DNA of 64,000 bases, from contig NC_092392.1 in NCBI RefSeq assembly GCF_030028105.1, forward strand, positions 30,949,119 through 31,013,118, in the 5' to 3' direction. The notes beneath the pieces are model-generated. The model was given only the letters and a program-made list of their open reading frames with translations, was not told the origin of the DNA and made no database searches. This DNA is from Mobula birostris (lineage: Eukaryota). Shown one piece after another: positions 39,345 to 53,239 of the stretch; position 1 is the stretch's first letter, and every line of letters begins with the position of its first letter. The position numbers and the translations under genes are program-made.

Positions 39345-40530
39345 AACCTACTTTAAACTTTAAATAGTTGCCAAACAATTGGTACTAGAACGTACAATCA
39401 TCACAGCGATACTTGATTCTGCGCTTCCCACTCCCTGGATTACAAATATTAAATATTAAAAATTTAAATTATAAATCATAAATAGAAAATAGAAAAATGG
39501 AAAGTAAGGTCGTGCAAAAAAACGGAGAGGCAGGTCCAGATATTTGGAGGGTACGGCTCAGATCTGGGTCAGAATCCGTTCAGCAGTCTTATCATAGTTG
39601 GAAAGAAGCTGTTCCCAAATCTAGCCGTATGAGTCTTCAAGCTCCTGAGCCTTCTCCCAGAGGGAAGAGGGACGAAAGGTGCGTTGGCTGGGTGGGTTGT
39701 GTCCTTGATTATCCTGGCAGCACTGCTCCGACAGCGTGCGGTGTAAAGTGAGTCCACGGACGGAAGATTGGTTTGTGTGATGTGCTGCGCCCTGTTCACG
39801 ATCTTCTGCAGCTTCTTTCGGTCTTGGACAGGACAACTTCCATACCAGGTTGTGATGCACCCTAGAAGAATGCTTTCTACGGTGCACCTATAAAAATTAG
39901 TGAGGGTTTGAGGGGACAGGCCAAATTTCTTTAGTTTTCTCAGGAAGTAAGGCGCTGGTGGGCCTTCTTGGCAGCGGACTCTGCTTGGTTGGACCAAGTC
40001 AGGTCATTTGTGATATTGACCCCGAGGAACTTACAAGCTTTTGACCTGTTCCACTTGCGCAACACCGATGTAAATTGGATTGTGCGGTCCGCTACTCCTT
40101 CTGAAATCAACAACCAATTCCTTTGTCCTGCTGATGTTGAGGGATAGGTTATTGTCTTCGCACCATGCCACCAGGTTCTTAATTTCCTCTTTGTACTCAA
40201 ACTCATCATTACCCGAGATACGGCCTACAATTGTTTTGTCATCAGCAAACTTATATATTGGGTTTGATGGAAACTTGGCTACACAATCATGGGTGTACAG
40301 TGAGTACAGCAGGGGGCCGAGTACACAGCCTTGTGGGGCACCGGTTCTCAGAGTGATTGTAGTGGAGAGCTTGTCCCCTATTTTTACAGCCTGGGTCCTG
40401 TCTGTGAGGAAGCTGAAGATCCAGCTGCAGATCTGAGCGCTAAGGCCCAGGTTCCGGAGCTTAAGAATCAGTTTATTTGGAATGATGGTATTAAAGGCAG
40501 AGCTGTAGTCAATGAAAAGGAGCCTTACAT
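39345..40530 (-). mobile_element. Rex1/Babar-type LINE, 5'-truncated
   Basis: [60 protein letters not shown]. Confidence 0.88.
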
Positions 40531-40699
40531 AGGCTACTTGCAGTAGCATCTTAGGCACATACCATCAGATAAGCAGCATTCACAAGAAAAACATAAATTA
40601 TACATATATATATTTACAATTAGAACAAACATAGGTTTATTTTGGTGCAAGATGGTCAAAGTGGTCATAGCTTTGCTAAACTGCAATGATGCACATCTA

Positions 40700-41200
40700 A
40701 GGTGTGCTGGCATTAGACGGGATCCAGAAGAGGTTCACAAGAATGATCCCATGAGAGAAAGGGTTAATGTATGAGGAGCGTTTGATGGCTCTGGGCTCGT
40801 ACTCACTGGAGCCTAGGAAAATGAGGGGAGATCTCATTGAAACCTATCAAATATCGAAAGGTTTAGACAAGAGTGGATGTTTCCTAAAGTGAGTGAATCT
40901 AGGACCAGAGTGCACAGCCTTAGAATAGAGGGATGTCCATTTAGAACAGAGATAAGAGGAGTTTCTTTAGCCAGAGGGTGGAAAATCTATGGAATTCATT
41001 GCCATAATGGCTGTGGAGGCCAAGTCATTGAATATATTTAGAACAGAGGTTGATAGGTTCTTGGTTAGTCAGGGCATCAAAGGTTATAGGGAGCTGGCAG
41101 GAGAATGTGATTGAGAGGGATAATCATTCAGGATGGAATAGCGGAGCAAATTCAATGGGTCAATTGGCCTAATTCTGTTCCTATATCTCAAGGTCTAAAT
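40700..41200 (+). mobile_element. CR1-type LINE 3' fragment
   Basis: Same CR1 C-terminus and 3' UTR as 11580-12080; inverted relative to the CR1 tail at about 31777-32050. Confidence 0.75.
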
Positions 41201-42523
41201 TGCAATCCATTATTTCAATAGTCAGAACAGGAACATTGCTTTTGTAATATGCTGCTTCTGTAATACGTATAAAAACAATTAGGTTCCCATGCAGAAACAA
41301 AAAATTAATTACTTCTTGGGACAAGTGGCCTAATTCTGCTCCTGTGTCTTATTAAGGTTTTGCCAGTTGATTCAAGAACCGAATGGTTGAAAGGAAGTAG
41401 CTGTTCTTGAACCTGGAGGTGTGAGACATCAAGTTTCTGTACCTCCTGCCTGATGGTATGGCCTGCACTGTGGGGATTTTTGACAACAGATGTTGCCTTC
41501 TTGAGGCAGTGCCTCCTGTAAATATTTATTGACTGAGACACAGTGCAGAAAGGGCCCTTTGAGCCACACCGCCCAGCAATGCCCTGATTTAACCCTAGCC
41601 TAATCATGGGACAATTTACAATGACCAATTAACCTACCAACTGGTACGTCTTTGGACTGTGGGAGTACCCAAAGGAAACCCACATGGTCACAGGAAGAAT
41701 GTATAATCTCATTACAGGCAGCGGTGGTAATTGAACCCTGGTCGCCTGTACTGTAAAGCATTGTGTCAACCACTACGCTACCGTGCTGCCCTATTCTATT
41801 TCCTCTCCCTGCTTTTTCCTGTATACCACAGCTTATAAGTATCTAATTGAAACGGAAGGCAGACTAGTTAAAGTTTTCCCACTTTATTTTTACTAATTTA
41901 CTGCTGCATAGTTTTATCCAATTTCATTGCTTTTGTCGCTGCATTATTCAAAATGGGAAAACTTCTCCTGAAGTACTCTGACAAATAGAATGCTTGATTT
42001 CAAAATTAAACTTTAATGCATAGAGCAAATATAATTGATTATCACAAAGTTATGAAAGATGACTGTTTCCCCAATTCTTGTAACAAGCAAAGTCGTCTTT
42101 CCTGTTCTGTCAGTTCTAAGTTCTTCCATTTTGTTCATTTGTAAAGGCTGCTTTAAACATTCAGTTTCCACTCTCCCCTTTTTCATATTTCAAAAATTGC
42201 TACAATTATGAAATGATTTAAGAGTAATTCCTAGATATTCCAAATTCCAAGTTCTCTCATAACATCTATTCTTGCTTGAGCTCCAGCATTATTACCCATT
42301 CAGTCCAAAGCAAGAAAGTGTAATCAATGTGAACACAAACAATGAAACACATATACAAAAATAAATTATGTTCCTTAATTTTACATCGTCAGTGTGAGGG
42401 TTCATGAATAGTCAGAACATAAAGCATGGAAGGATTAATCATTTGTTCTCTCCCAGATTATTGGCAATCTGTTCTAATATCACAATGTGGATGGATATTA
42501 CTGCAAGCACAGATTACACTTAC

Positions 42524-42614
42524 CTCTCTTTTAGATATTTTATCAATTAGTGGAAATATACATCCTAACGACAGTAAAAGGCTTTTGTTCTCCAGTTGTG
42601 CAGTATCACCACCA
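42524..42614 (-). CDS. HDAC10: HDAC10 coding exon 14
   Basis: GGDTAQLENKSLLLSLGCIFPLIDKISKRE; tttcacag/gtaagt boundaries. Confidence 0.75.
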
Positions 42615-44090
42615 CTGTGAAAAAGTTAAGAAGTTATTTTTTTGATGCCACTACAATAAATCTTCTGCTGATATCAGGCAAAATTGATTTTGTGTCTGAT
42701 TTTCTGAAATGTTGTTTTGGTTATCAAATTGCTTGCAAATTTCTCGCTTTAAGAAGTTTCCTGACTATATATTCTTTGGATGTAAACAATTAATTTTTTA
42801 GTTTAAATGTAGAAGTAGTTCAAAGTAAACTTTATTTTCAAAGTACAAATATGTCACTATATAACTCCCTGAGATTTATTTTCTTGTGGGCATACTCAAT
42901 AAAACTATAGAATCATAACCACAACAGAATCCAAGTGAGATTGCCCAACTAGGGCATAACTTAGTAAACCCAAGTTTGCAATTTCATTATAAAATTACAC
43001 CCTTTGACTTTCTTTAAATTTATTTTCTTATTATTATTTCCCCTGCCTCTCCTGAAAATATTAATTTCTTGCTAAGACATGAGAGTACCTGAACCACACA
43101 GAAAACATTGTCTATAGTTGTCAGTATTAAACTGATGCAGGAGTGACGGGTGATAACTCCAATTATCCGAGAATATCTTGCTCTACTAAAATCAGCAGAG
43201 ACTCCTGCATACATAGGGGCGTAATGACCAAGAAGAAATTCTTCCCCTATTTAAGCAGGGATTTCATCCCCTTTCCACTTGTACACTTTTAACCAGGATA
43301 AATTAAGAAGAGTTTCAAACCTTGGTAATTTCTCATTTCTACCTCTTATGGTCTTATTGGGAGAAGGCAGGAGAATGGGGTTGCAAGGGAAAATGGATCA
43401 GCCATGATGATGAAATGGCGGAGCAGACTTGATCAGCCAAATGGCCTAATACTGTTCCTCTGTCTTATGTTCTTTTCTCCCACAGTAGTGCAAATCAAAT
43501 ATATCACTTTCTTTACACATAAGTGAGCAAAAGGTACACAGATCTGACATAAAACCAGGCACCACCTTTAACAACATAACTAAAAGAGGATGATCTCAAG
43601 AACCACCGATATGGCCTCATTACCTCTCCCACATACAGTACTGTGCAAAAGACTTAGGCACATATAAACAGCGAGGGTGCCTGAGACTTTTGCACAGTGC
43701 TATATTTGTCAACGTGGAGCGGAAAGCGAATTTATAAATTTGGTGGGAGCAAAGGACATTGAGAATGGCAATGGTGGAGCACCGTGGTAGGGGTGCAGGA
43801 CAGGTGACAGAGAAGGAGTGCCAGCGGTAGGGTGGGGTTGTGGGTGCAGACACACCCAGCCCTGACACACAGGCAAGGCCACTTGATTCCAGACAATTGG
43901 TTTATTGATCATTACAGAATGTCTCTCTGATGCTTCCTGCTCCCTCCCCTTTCCCCAACCATGATCCCCCTTTCCCTGCCCCCTTTACATTCTCAGTCAC
44001 ACTATTACTCACTTTGTTTTCCCTAGTCCCTACAGATTACACATTTATTATTACCTCTCAAATACAAATATAAATATAATTTAGCCAAAC

Positions 44091-44379
44091 CTGATGAGAA
44101 TGCTAACTTCTTCCATGGAAATTTCCTTTGCTTCTACTTTAAGGCATTGATTCAACTTTGCCGACTTTATTTCATCACCTGCCCATGCAGTTCTTTCAGA
44201 GGGGGCTAATACAAGAATGTTCTTCATGTGGGAATCCATGAACACATCAAAATCTTCCTTCTCCATGGAGGGCATTGTCATGTTTTTCTCTGGATCGGTG
44301 GCTTCAACTGATTCAAAATTATGCTCTTCAATAGCAAAGTTCAATTTCTTGGTGCTTGGATCTTTAATAATGTGAGCCT
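44091..44379 (-). CDS. HDAC10: HDAC10 coding exon 13 (linker)
   Basis: Open 289-nt exon EAHIIKDPST...DVFMDSHMKNILVLAPSERTA...; phases match neighbouring exons. Confidence 0.75.
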
Positions 44380-44818
44380 CTGGAAAAATATGCAAGATGA
44401 AACACCAAGTAGTGTAACATTTCAGTTAATATGTATTTAGCCATATTACCATCTCTAGAATTAATAAAGCTAAATTATTAATGAAGTATATATTTGAGAC
44501 AAAGCAGGTTTCTGCCTTCACAGTGGATGAGGAGCTGAATTGGACATACTTAACAAGTTCATTTTAACAAAAAGAAATATTAATGCAACTTCCAGGTACC
44601 TGTACTATAATCACCAAAAAAAGGTCCGCCTAACCAGTCACTGAAGAGAAGCTAGATTATTTATATGTATTGATTTGTAAAGAAATTTCTTTCCTAAATA
44701 TATTGGCATCTCAATGAAGTGAATCTTAAAATATTCTTCACAAGTACAAAGATAAAAGAAGTCCTTTCTACATAAATACTGCACACAAGTGGTTTAAAAC
44801 AACTGAAAAAACCATTAC

Positions 44819-44886
44819 CGTGGTACTTCAGAAATTTCCAATATGGCTGATGCATAGCTCTTACATTTTGAATTGTTTCCACAGCA
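44819..44886 (-). CDS. HDAC10: HDAC10 coding exon 12
   Basis: SAVETIQNVRAMHQPYWKFLKYH. Confidence 0.88.
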
Positions 44887-47294
44887 CTGCATGAAGGAAA
44901 TTTTAAAAAAAGTAAATAATTCACTTTAAGGACTGATGTACAAAATTTAGCTGCTTTAATGTCATATTACCTTGAGGCAGCTTCAAGGTGAGCTGAGGCA
45001 GTGGGGCCCGGGCCTGAGGATGAAGAACCAGTTGATGTTTGACTGATTTAAGCACTGGGCAAGATTGGACAGGTTGGGTATGGGCTGAATTGACAGACCC
45101 CAGAGCGTATTGAAGCTGCAGGGCCCAGGTCCGAGGGCAAGGGACGAGCTGAGGTTTGGCCGATTTAAGTGCTGGACCAGAGTGAAAAGGTCAGGGTGTC
45201 AGGGCTGAGGGAGGGACAGACTGGTGTTCAGCTCACCGCTTGGTGAGGTTTACTATCTCTTTGCTGAACTGTGACTGTAGCCTGCAACTAATGGGTTCCT
45301 GTCCCTTTTGCAGCAATGAACTAGCTTCATCGGCCTTGGCCTGAAACATCCACTATACTCTTTTCCATAGATACTGCCTACCCTGCTGAGTTCCTCCAGC
45401 ATTTTGTGTATATTGTTATGGCTGTGAACTCACTTTTGTGAACTTTAATTCTGAATGTCATTTGCTTACTTTTTATTGTTTGCACGACTTGTTTGTTTTG
45501 AATGGATTCAATTGGGTTTTGTTGTTTTGTGGTTGCCTGTAAAGAGACAAATCCCAAGGCTGTATTTAGCATACATCGATTTAAAAAAATATACTTTGAA
45601 CTTTGAAAAGGCAAAAGGGAAAAAAAGGTGGCACTGCTTCCAGACGAATTGCATATTCAAAGAATTCTAGCCATTCTGCCAGATTCAGCAGCCTAGATAT
45701 TTCAGCAATTAGTGCACACTTTACTGTACTACAAACTGAACGAAAGTGCAAAGATCAATTGTAGAGCTGGGGTCAGCACTTCCATTTGAGTGCATACTCT
45801 TAAACTGAACCTGGAGCTTTCGTGTGTGTGGGCCGACACACCAAGGTTAAGAGGAGCAGAGCAACGATGAAAACTGGCATAAAGAAAAATGATTTATCTG
45901 AATCTTCCCGAGGTGAATCGATATCCAGTTGTGGGTTGAAGAAATGAATGCCACTCTCATGTTCACCTAGATCTCCCGGAGATCCATTACCCAAATCAAC
46001 CCCACTATTCCACAGAGTTTCTCTTGTCAGCTGTCACTGGCAAGAGCTTGTCTCATTTTGGCAGAGAGTTAGGATGACTCTTTGCTTCTTATATAATGCC
46101 TGAAAATGTGCATAATTACTCTATACAACATTCTGATGCACAGCGCTTTACACAACCCTAGAAGTTGGCATGTCTGCTGAGCAGTGCTACTGTAGCCCAT
46201 TTTCATGTCTGACACTGGCACAAGAATATTTCTTTTCTCATAAATTTCAATGCAGCACTGTTACTAGTGTTGTATCAATATAGAGAATAAAAGCTTCATG
46301 ATGGAGTTTAGGACTTTATTATTAGAACTTTAAAATTTTGCATCCAATGAGGCAGAATGGGGAAAGCCAATTAAATCTTGAATGACATCCTATTATTTAA
46401 TCTTAGCTCACTAATTTGATGAAATATTATGTGTGGGAAAAGTAAGATCTTTATTCCTAAAGGCAGTAGCCCTATTATTAAATAGGGCTACTGTCTTGGA
46501 TTTTTATTTTGTGGTCACAAGACCCTGATGGACATTGGCAATGTAAGATACTGTAGGTCTGTTTCCCTTAAATATTGGGAGACAGAAAGGACTAGGCCTC
46601 AAGCTGCAGGCTTGCTTGCTGTGTCAATCCAGAAGAGTCGCCGGAGGTGGCGTGGCACTGCGTCTATGCTTGCTTGGGGGCTAGCCCTCCACAGTGTTTG
46701 ATCGGTGGAATGACAAGCTGGATTGCGTGCATGCACTCTCGTCTGCGGACTGCTGAGAACAAATTGCTTTTTGCTGATAACATCCATGTACCATCAGTTT
46801 ACAGGACATGACACTCAGGGACCTGGGATTATATGTATTTTTTTGTGTGACTGTATGTTTACTTGCTACCTTATCGTCCCTTGTGCTGTGAATTACTGTT
46901 GGGAATCCATTTTGTACCTCGGGCCTGGAGGAACGCTGCTTCATTTGCCTGTATTCATGTATGGTTAAATGATACTCAAACATGAACTAAATTTGAAATA
47001 CACTACTCTTTGAACCAAACAAAAAGTCCTCTTTTCTCTATAAATGTTGTTTCAAATGGAACCTAGTTTTTACATGGACTGGAAAAAAAAATCTAAGACA
47101 AAGAATTAAAACCTATATTTGAATTGTATGATTACCCTATAACCAATTTATTTTCTTGTAAAATGCAGTAAAATGATAGTCGCACATTGTTATTGTCACG
47201 TCAATATTTTCTCTCAAAAGAGGATTAAAACAAAATTACAAAGTTCCCAATAACCAATAGTTCAATAGAAAGCATATATTGATTAACTAATTAC

Positions 47295-47401
47295 CTTAAG
47301 CATGGTTGCATTTGGCCAATCAAAGGAGGCGCTGGGTTCCCTAATAATGCACGGACAGTCATACAGAGGGATTCTGAAAGGGAACGCAAGTTGTATCCTC
47401 C
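47295..47401 (-). CDS. HDAC10: HDAC10 coding exon 11 (catalytic Tyr, GGY)
   Basis: GGYNLRSLSESLCMTVRALLGNPAPPLIGQMQPCL. Confidence 0.92.
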
Positions 47402-50259
47402 CTGGAAATAAAATACTTAATTTTAAGACTAGTGATTAATAGATATGGTCATGACTGGCAGTATATGAAATAGGTAATTTCTTGAAGAACTTTACACAGC
47501 ACTTTGACGGAAGCACTCTTCAATATAAGCTATTCTGATATGATCTAAAAACACATTTTATTCAAATTGTATAGAATTTTGTTTAATATGAATATATAGA
47601 TTATTTTGAATAACAAGTAAAAACTGTTAGACTCAACTCAATCTTAGTTCACTAATTTGAGTAATTTAGTAATTTTATGTATTGTACAGTACTGCTGCCA
47701 CAAAATAAGACAAATTTCCTGACATATATGAGTGATGATAAACCTGATTCTGATATGGGTCTCTACTGTGAACTGAAAGTGGGAAGGGGGCAGGGAAAGG
47801 GGAATCACAGTTGGAAAAAGGGGAAGGGCAAAGTGGGAGTGTGAAGCACCAGAGAGACATTTTGTAACATCCAATAAACCAATTGTTTGGAATCAAATGA
47901 CCTTGCCTGGGGTCTCAGGCATAGGCGTGTTTGCACCTGTGCCACCCAAACTGCCTCAGCGCTCCTTCTCTGCTACCGGTCCCACAGCCCTCCTGTGGTT
48001 CTCCAACCTTGCCTATATAAAAGACTTTTGCACAGTACTGTACCAGTTATAGAAAGTTAAATAAACAGTCTTATATAACGTGACACTCTGTTTATTGAGC
48101 ACACTTGGGACTACGGTGGAGCTGAATAGGGAGGTTTTGTAAGCAGAATCAGGCGAGTTTTAAATGAGCTCAGAAACAGAAGCAGTTGAGTTTCATGATG
48201 GCAAGGGTACCTAGGACCCCAGTGTGTGGAAAGGGTGAGCAGCTTCACAGGGCATCAACATCTCAGAGGATCTATCCTGGGCCCAACAGACTGATGCAAT
48301 CACGAAGGTTGTATGCCAGCAGCTATACTTCATTAAGAGTTTGAGGAGATTTGTTACGTTATCAAAGACTCTACCAAATTTCTACAGATGTACCATAGAG
48401 TGGATTCTGACTGGCCACCTAGTATAAAGGTTCCAATGTGCAAGATCAAGACGGTGCCGAGCAGTAACCTCCACTCAGTTGCAGCTCAGATGTACTTGCT
48501 TTTTAATTGTTTGATTTTTAGTTGTTTTTTAGGTTTGTAAGGATGTTTTGTGAAACAGAGTGGGGAGTTAGGAGATAGGTTAGGGTTTAAGAATAGGGAT
48601 GTGGGAGAATTAGAGGTCAAGTCTCTGCTCCCTGTTCGAAGATCAGCTATGAGGACGTGTGATATCCATGGTTGGATGTTGGAAGTGGAACCAGCAGAGC
48701 TCCAGAGTTGGAATTCCATGCAGGCAGGAGGAACAAGCTCCGAAGTCCTCCTGGGTTCGCAAACCGCTGAGGCTGAAGTTCAAGACCTAGTGTTCGGGGT
48801 CCCGCCATTGGCGAGTCTGGAGTTTGAAGCCATGTCCTGGGATCAATGCCAAGGATTGAGGATGAATCGGAAGTTGAGGCCTGCGAATATCTGCGGGAGG
48901 TTGAAGCCCAGTGTCTGCAGACCCGAGTCCCCGTCTACTGGAGGCTGGGGCTGGAGACCTATCCTGGAGTTAATGGACTGTGCATGGCTGGGAGGGAGGA
49001 ATGGGCTTGTTTTTGCTGTTGTTGTTTGTTGCTTGTTGTGTTCTGTGTTGTTCTGCTGAGCATTGTGGGTATGTTGTATTGGTGCTGAAATGTGTCATGT
49101 CCCCAGATCACCCTTGGGTGTGTTGGTTGTTAATGCAAATAACACATTTCACTGTATGTTTCGATGTATACGTGACAAATTAAGGACCTTCATCATCTGG
49201 GATGTGCCATCTTCTCATTACCATCACCAGTGATGTTGATAACGAGTATGTGTAAACCAGTGAGATAGATCAGCTGGTTGAGTGGTGCCTCAACAACAAA
49301 CTTGAACTCCTCACCAGTAAGACCAAGGAACTGATTGTGGACTTCAGGAAGAAGTCCAGGGGACATGCACCAGTCCTCATTGAGAAGTCAGCAGTGGAAA
49401 GGGTGAGCAGCTTGAAGTTCCTGGGAGTCAAAATTTTGAAAATCTAACCTGGACCCACATATTGATGCAATTATGAAGAAAACATGTCAGCAGCTATATT
49501 TCATGGAGTTCGTCACCAAAGACTCTAGCAAATTTCTACAGATGTACTGTGGAGAGCATTCTAACTGGCTCAATTGCCATTTAGTCTGCAGGGGCCATTG
49601 CACAGGATTAGAAAAAGTTGAAGAGGTTTGCAGATTCAGCCAGCTACATCATGGGCACTAGCTCCCCCTCCAAAACACTGAGGTATCTTCAAAAGGCAAT
49701 GCCTCAAAAAGGCATCATCCATCATTAAAAAACTCCATCACCCAGGACATGCCCTCTTCTCATTGCTACCATCAAGGAGATAGTATAGGAGCCTGAAGAC
49801 CTACACTCAACATTTTAGGAACAGCTTCTTCTGACAGGACAATAAACTCATGAACACTACTGATGAACATTTCCACTTTTGCAATTTTTATTTCATTGTG
49901 ACTTACAGTATTTTTAATGCCCTGCTCTGTATTGCTGCTACAAAACAAATTTCACATCATATGTCAGTGATAATAAACCTGATTCTGATTCTAAAAGGAA
50001 AACAAAAACTAGGGCCCTTGTTTAGCAAAGGGAACAAGGGAATCAGTACCTCTGTATGACAAAGGATGCGTGGGAATTAAGGCCCCATAATGTCTAAGGA
50101 GTTGCAGGAGCCACATGGCAAATGATTGATATTTTCAACCAAAAGGGGACTGCAGATTATAGGAGTTTCATTGTGTCATGTGCACTCATAAGAAATTTTA
50201 ACATTTAAACATTTAGTAATATGCATAGCCTGGGGTTGGGGAAAAATATAGTTACATAC

Positions 50260-50349
50260 CTCTAAAACAAAGCACAGTTTCCCATTAGCTAATGGCATCA
50301 GTAACTGAGTTAGATGAGCAAAACACTCAGGTGTAGCACACATTTCACC
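50260..50349 (-). CDS. HDAC10: HDAC10 coding exon 10
   Basis: GEMCATPECFAHLTQLLMPLANGKLCFVLE. Confidence 0.92.
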
Positions 50350-50734
50350 CTGGAAGATGTTAAGATCAAGAGTTAATTGTACCAATGATATATGATTACG
50401 ACTAGAACACCAGGACATTTTGAAGAAACTTCATTAAAATTATTTTTAAGATGGAGTTATCTTTGAATATTGTTTCAATTTTCATAAATTTTTCAAATGT
50501 AATTAAGGCTAATATTTGATTGCATCTAATTTAAGCACAGTTCAGAAAAAGTATTACAACATTGCTTCAAAATAAATTAGACAGTTGGGATTTCATGCAA
50601 ACACACTGCTTATGATCTAAAAACAAAATGCAGCGTTTTTGGCTCATACAAAAACATTTAATCATATTTAGTTAAGCAAAACTATAACACTATTTAATAA
50701 TGGAGTAGATGACGTGTCAATTAAAATAATATAC

Positions 50735-50794
50735 CTCAGGATCTCCAATAGCAGAATCAAATCCAGCTGAAACCAGAATTAATTCTGGATTAAA
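50735..50794 (-). CDS. HDAC10: HDAC10 coding exon 9 (Zn-binding Asp, gatekeeper Glu)
   Basis: FNPELILVSAGFDSAIGDPE. Confidence 0.93.
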
Positions 50795-50879
50795 CTGCAA
50801 TGAGAATGAGTGAAATGATTTATTGACAACAAACAAAAGCAAAGAAGTTCTATGAAACAGATACAAGGGTCTTAGTTAT

Positions 50880-51395
50880 ACAAATGAGGCCACCCTCAGG
50901 TTGGAGGAGCAACACCTCATATTCCACTTGGGTAGCCAAGTGTCATGAACATCAATTTTTCCGACCTGGTAATTTCTCCGCCCCCCCCCCCCCCCCACTT
51001 CTCTTCTTTCCATTCCCCATTCTGGCTCCCCTCTTACTCCCTCTCTTCTCATGTGCCTATCACCCTCCCCCAGTACCCCTCCTCCTTCCCTTTCTCCCTG
51101 GTTCATTCTCCTCTCCTATTAGATTCCTTCTTTTTCAGCCCTTCACCTTTTCCACCTATCACCTTCCAGCTTCTTACCTCATCTGTTCTTTTTCTACCCC
51201 ATCTTCCCCATCACCTGGCTTCCTCCACCACCTTCTAGCTTGTTCACTTTCTCTTCCCTCCACCTTCCTGTTCTGGCCTCTTTCCCATTCATTTCCAGTC
51301 CTGACAAAGGGTCTTGTCGTGAAACATCAACTCTTTATTCCTCTCCATAGATGCTGCCTGACCTGCTGAGTTCCTCCAGCATTTTTTTGTGTATT
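50880..51395 (+). mobile_element. Penelope-like element 3' fragment
   Basis: EATLRLEEQHLIFHLGS end, pyrimidine-rich UTR, decayed hammerhead motif at about 51296-51333. Confidence 0.75.
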
Positions 51396-51411
51396 CCTCT
51401 ATATAAATTAC

Positions 51412-51477
51412 CTCATAAGCCATTGGAAGTAAAATGGAGAAGAAAGCTGCCAAATAGTCAGCATTTCCCATTCCAAC
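51412..51477 (-). CDS. HDAC10: HDAC10 coding exon 8
   Basis: VGMGNADYLAAFFSILLPMAYE. Confidence 0.93.
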
Positions 51478-52799
51478 CTGTTGTAAATGAAAAACATAAG
51501 AAGATTTAAATTGAGAATTTAATAGAACAGACAGGGCAGCATCACAGTGGAGAATAACTGAATAATTATCTTGCTAATGTGGGTGATAGTTTAAACAATT
51601 TACTACCTACACCTAGATTTCTTCTAAGTCAGTATCTAGGCTAGAATCTATTGCACATGCAAAATATTTGACACACGACATGCAATGCTGTTCCTTGATT
51701 CTTTATACCCCACCCAAAACAAAAAGATACATAATAATCTCTACTGCCAAATGTAACAACAAATATATTTTTTACAATCTGACTATAGCTTGGTGCCAGC
51801 TAGATGGTTGCGAGAACATGTGGTGATATGTTTTGAAAGCCTCACAGACCTGGTGTACACATCAGTATTTATACAGTAAAAAGTGATGGAGGGCTTTAGA
51901 GAGGGGCTATGCAATTGTTAAATTATAAGCTGGTATGTACACGGGATGAGCACTTTAAAACGCTAATATTTGAGAACCAGAACTAACTTGGCTCAGCAGG
52001 CACAAAAATGGTCTCAGGGTGGATTCGAATGTGGGTTGCAGGATTTTGGATGGGATAAATTTTATATGAGGGATAGAGATACGTTTCTATCAAAGAAGGA
52101 GTAGGGCATCCCTTCCCTCTGCTAGCCTGCAGGTCACCCTTGGGCACCTGCTTAGCCACTGATCAGGGTTATGTGAAGCCATGGAAGCAGGTGGTGAATT
52201 GTCATATGAGCAGCTGGTGCATATCATAAGCCCTGGTTATGCGACCACTGATGCCAGGCAGACAATCTCTGAAGAGTAGTTATTTTATGGCTGTTCTGAA
52301 GAAGGCAACGGCAAACCACTTTTGTACAAAAATTTGCCAAGAACAACCATGATCGCCTATGTCATATGACACGGCACATAATGATGATGATGATCCAAGA
52401 GAGCATTAATAAATTTAGGTCTGAAGTTGGCAAAGGCACAGGCAAGGGTTTTTTTTTGTGTGACAGGTTGGTTAAGCCATGGCTGACAATAGAGATAGAA
52501 GGTGGCAATCTTACTGATGGAAAGTCAAAACTGAGAAGACACACTTCAACCTGATACAGTACTCAGAAAGAGACTCTTCAATTCTTAACTGAAGTCTACG
52601 CAGAAGGCTGAAAACGTAGGACCAAGAGACAGGTGTTATCAGTATAATTATGAAAACTAGTACCATGACTTCAGATGATGCCAACAAAGGCCAGCATGTA
52701 GATGCAAAGGAGATATCAAGTTTAGATACTTGGGTATCTACCGAGCTAGCAGTGTGGTAGGAACAATAGCTAATACTGAAGACTAGAATTCATTTAAAA

Positions 52800-52880
52800 C
52801 AGGGGACTCCCAACCTTTTTTATACCATGGAACCCCACCATTAACCAAGGAATCTGTGGACTACAGGTTGGGAACCCCTG
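52800..52880. mobile_element. 81-bp hAT MITE
   Basis: TIRs caggggactcccaacc / ggttgggaacccctg; perfect 8-bp TSD atttaaaa. Confidence 0.85.
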
Positions 52881-53046
52881 ATTTAAAAACTTATAGGGAA
52901 ACAGGTGAGAAAGAAAACTTTAGTTGAAAAGTTCTCACAGCACAATTTGATAGACCAAACAACTCCTTCAAGCACAAATAATTGTCTGAACCATTATGTA
53001 CGAAGATGATCATATAAAAATTTTGCATTTTTATTTTGAGAAATAC

Positions 53047-53173
53047 CTTGTTCCATGGCATATTTATGGTGAATCCTGTCCCACTGCCTTTTCCAATAGC
53101 ACTGTAATCAGAATCCTTTAAATTAGGCCAAAACTGCTGGTGTTCATAGCGATGCCATGAGAAGTAAAGAACA
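53047..53173 (-). CDS. HDAC10: HDAC10 coding exon 7
   Basis: SVLYFSWHRYEHQQFWPNLKDSDYSAIGKGSGTGFTINMPWNK. Confidence 0.94.
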
Positions 53174-53239
53174 CTGAAATAAAAAAGCCATTAAAATATA
53201 AGGTTTGATCTGCAAAAAAAAACATCCATGGAATAGTTT

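Noticed and set aside
45800-46100. Minus-strand ORF with a hydrophobic stretch inside an HDAC10 intron
   Set aside because: Upstream in-frame stop, no recognisable homology, and the HDAC10 exon phases are complete without it.
48550-49183. 169-aa and overlapping ORFs
   Set aside because: No domain motifs, and they run into a typical LINE 3' UTR.
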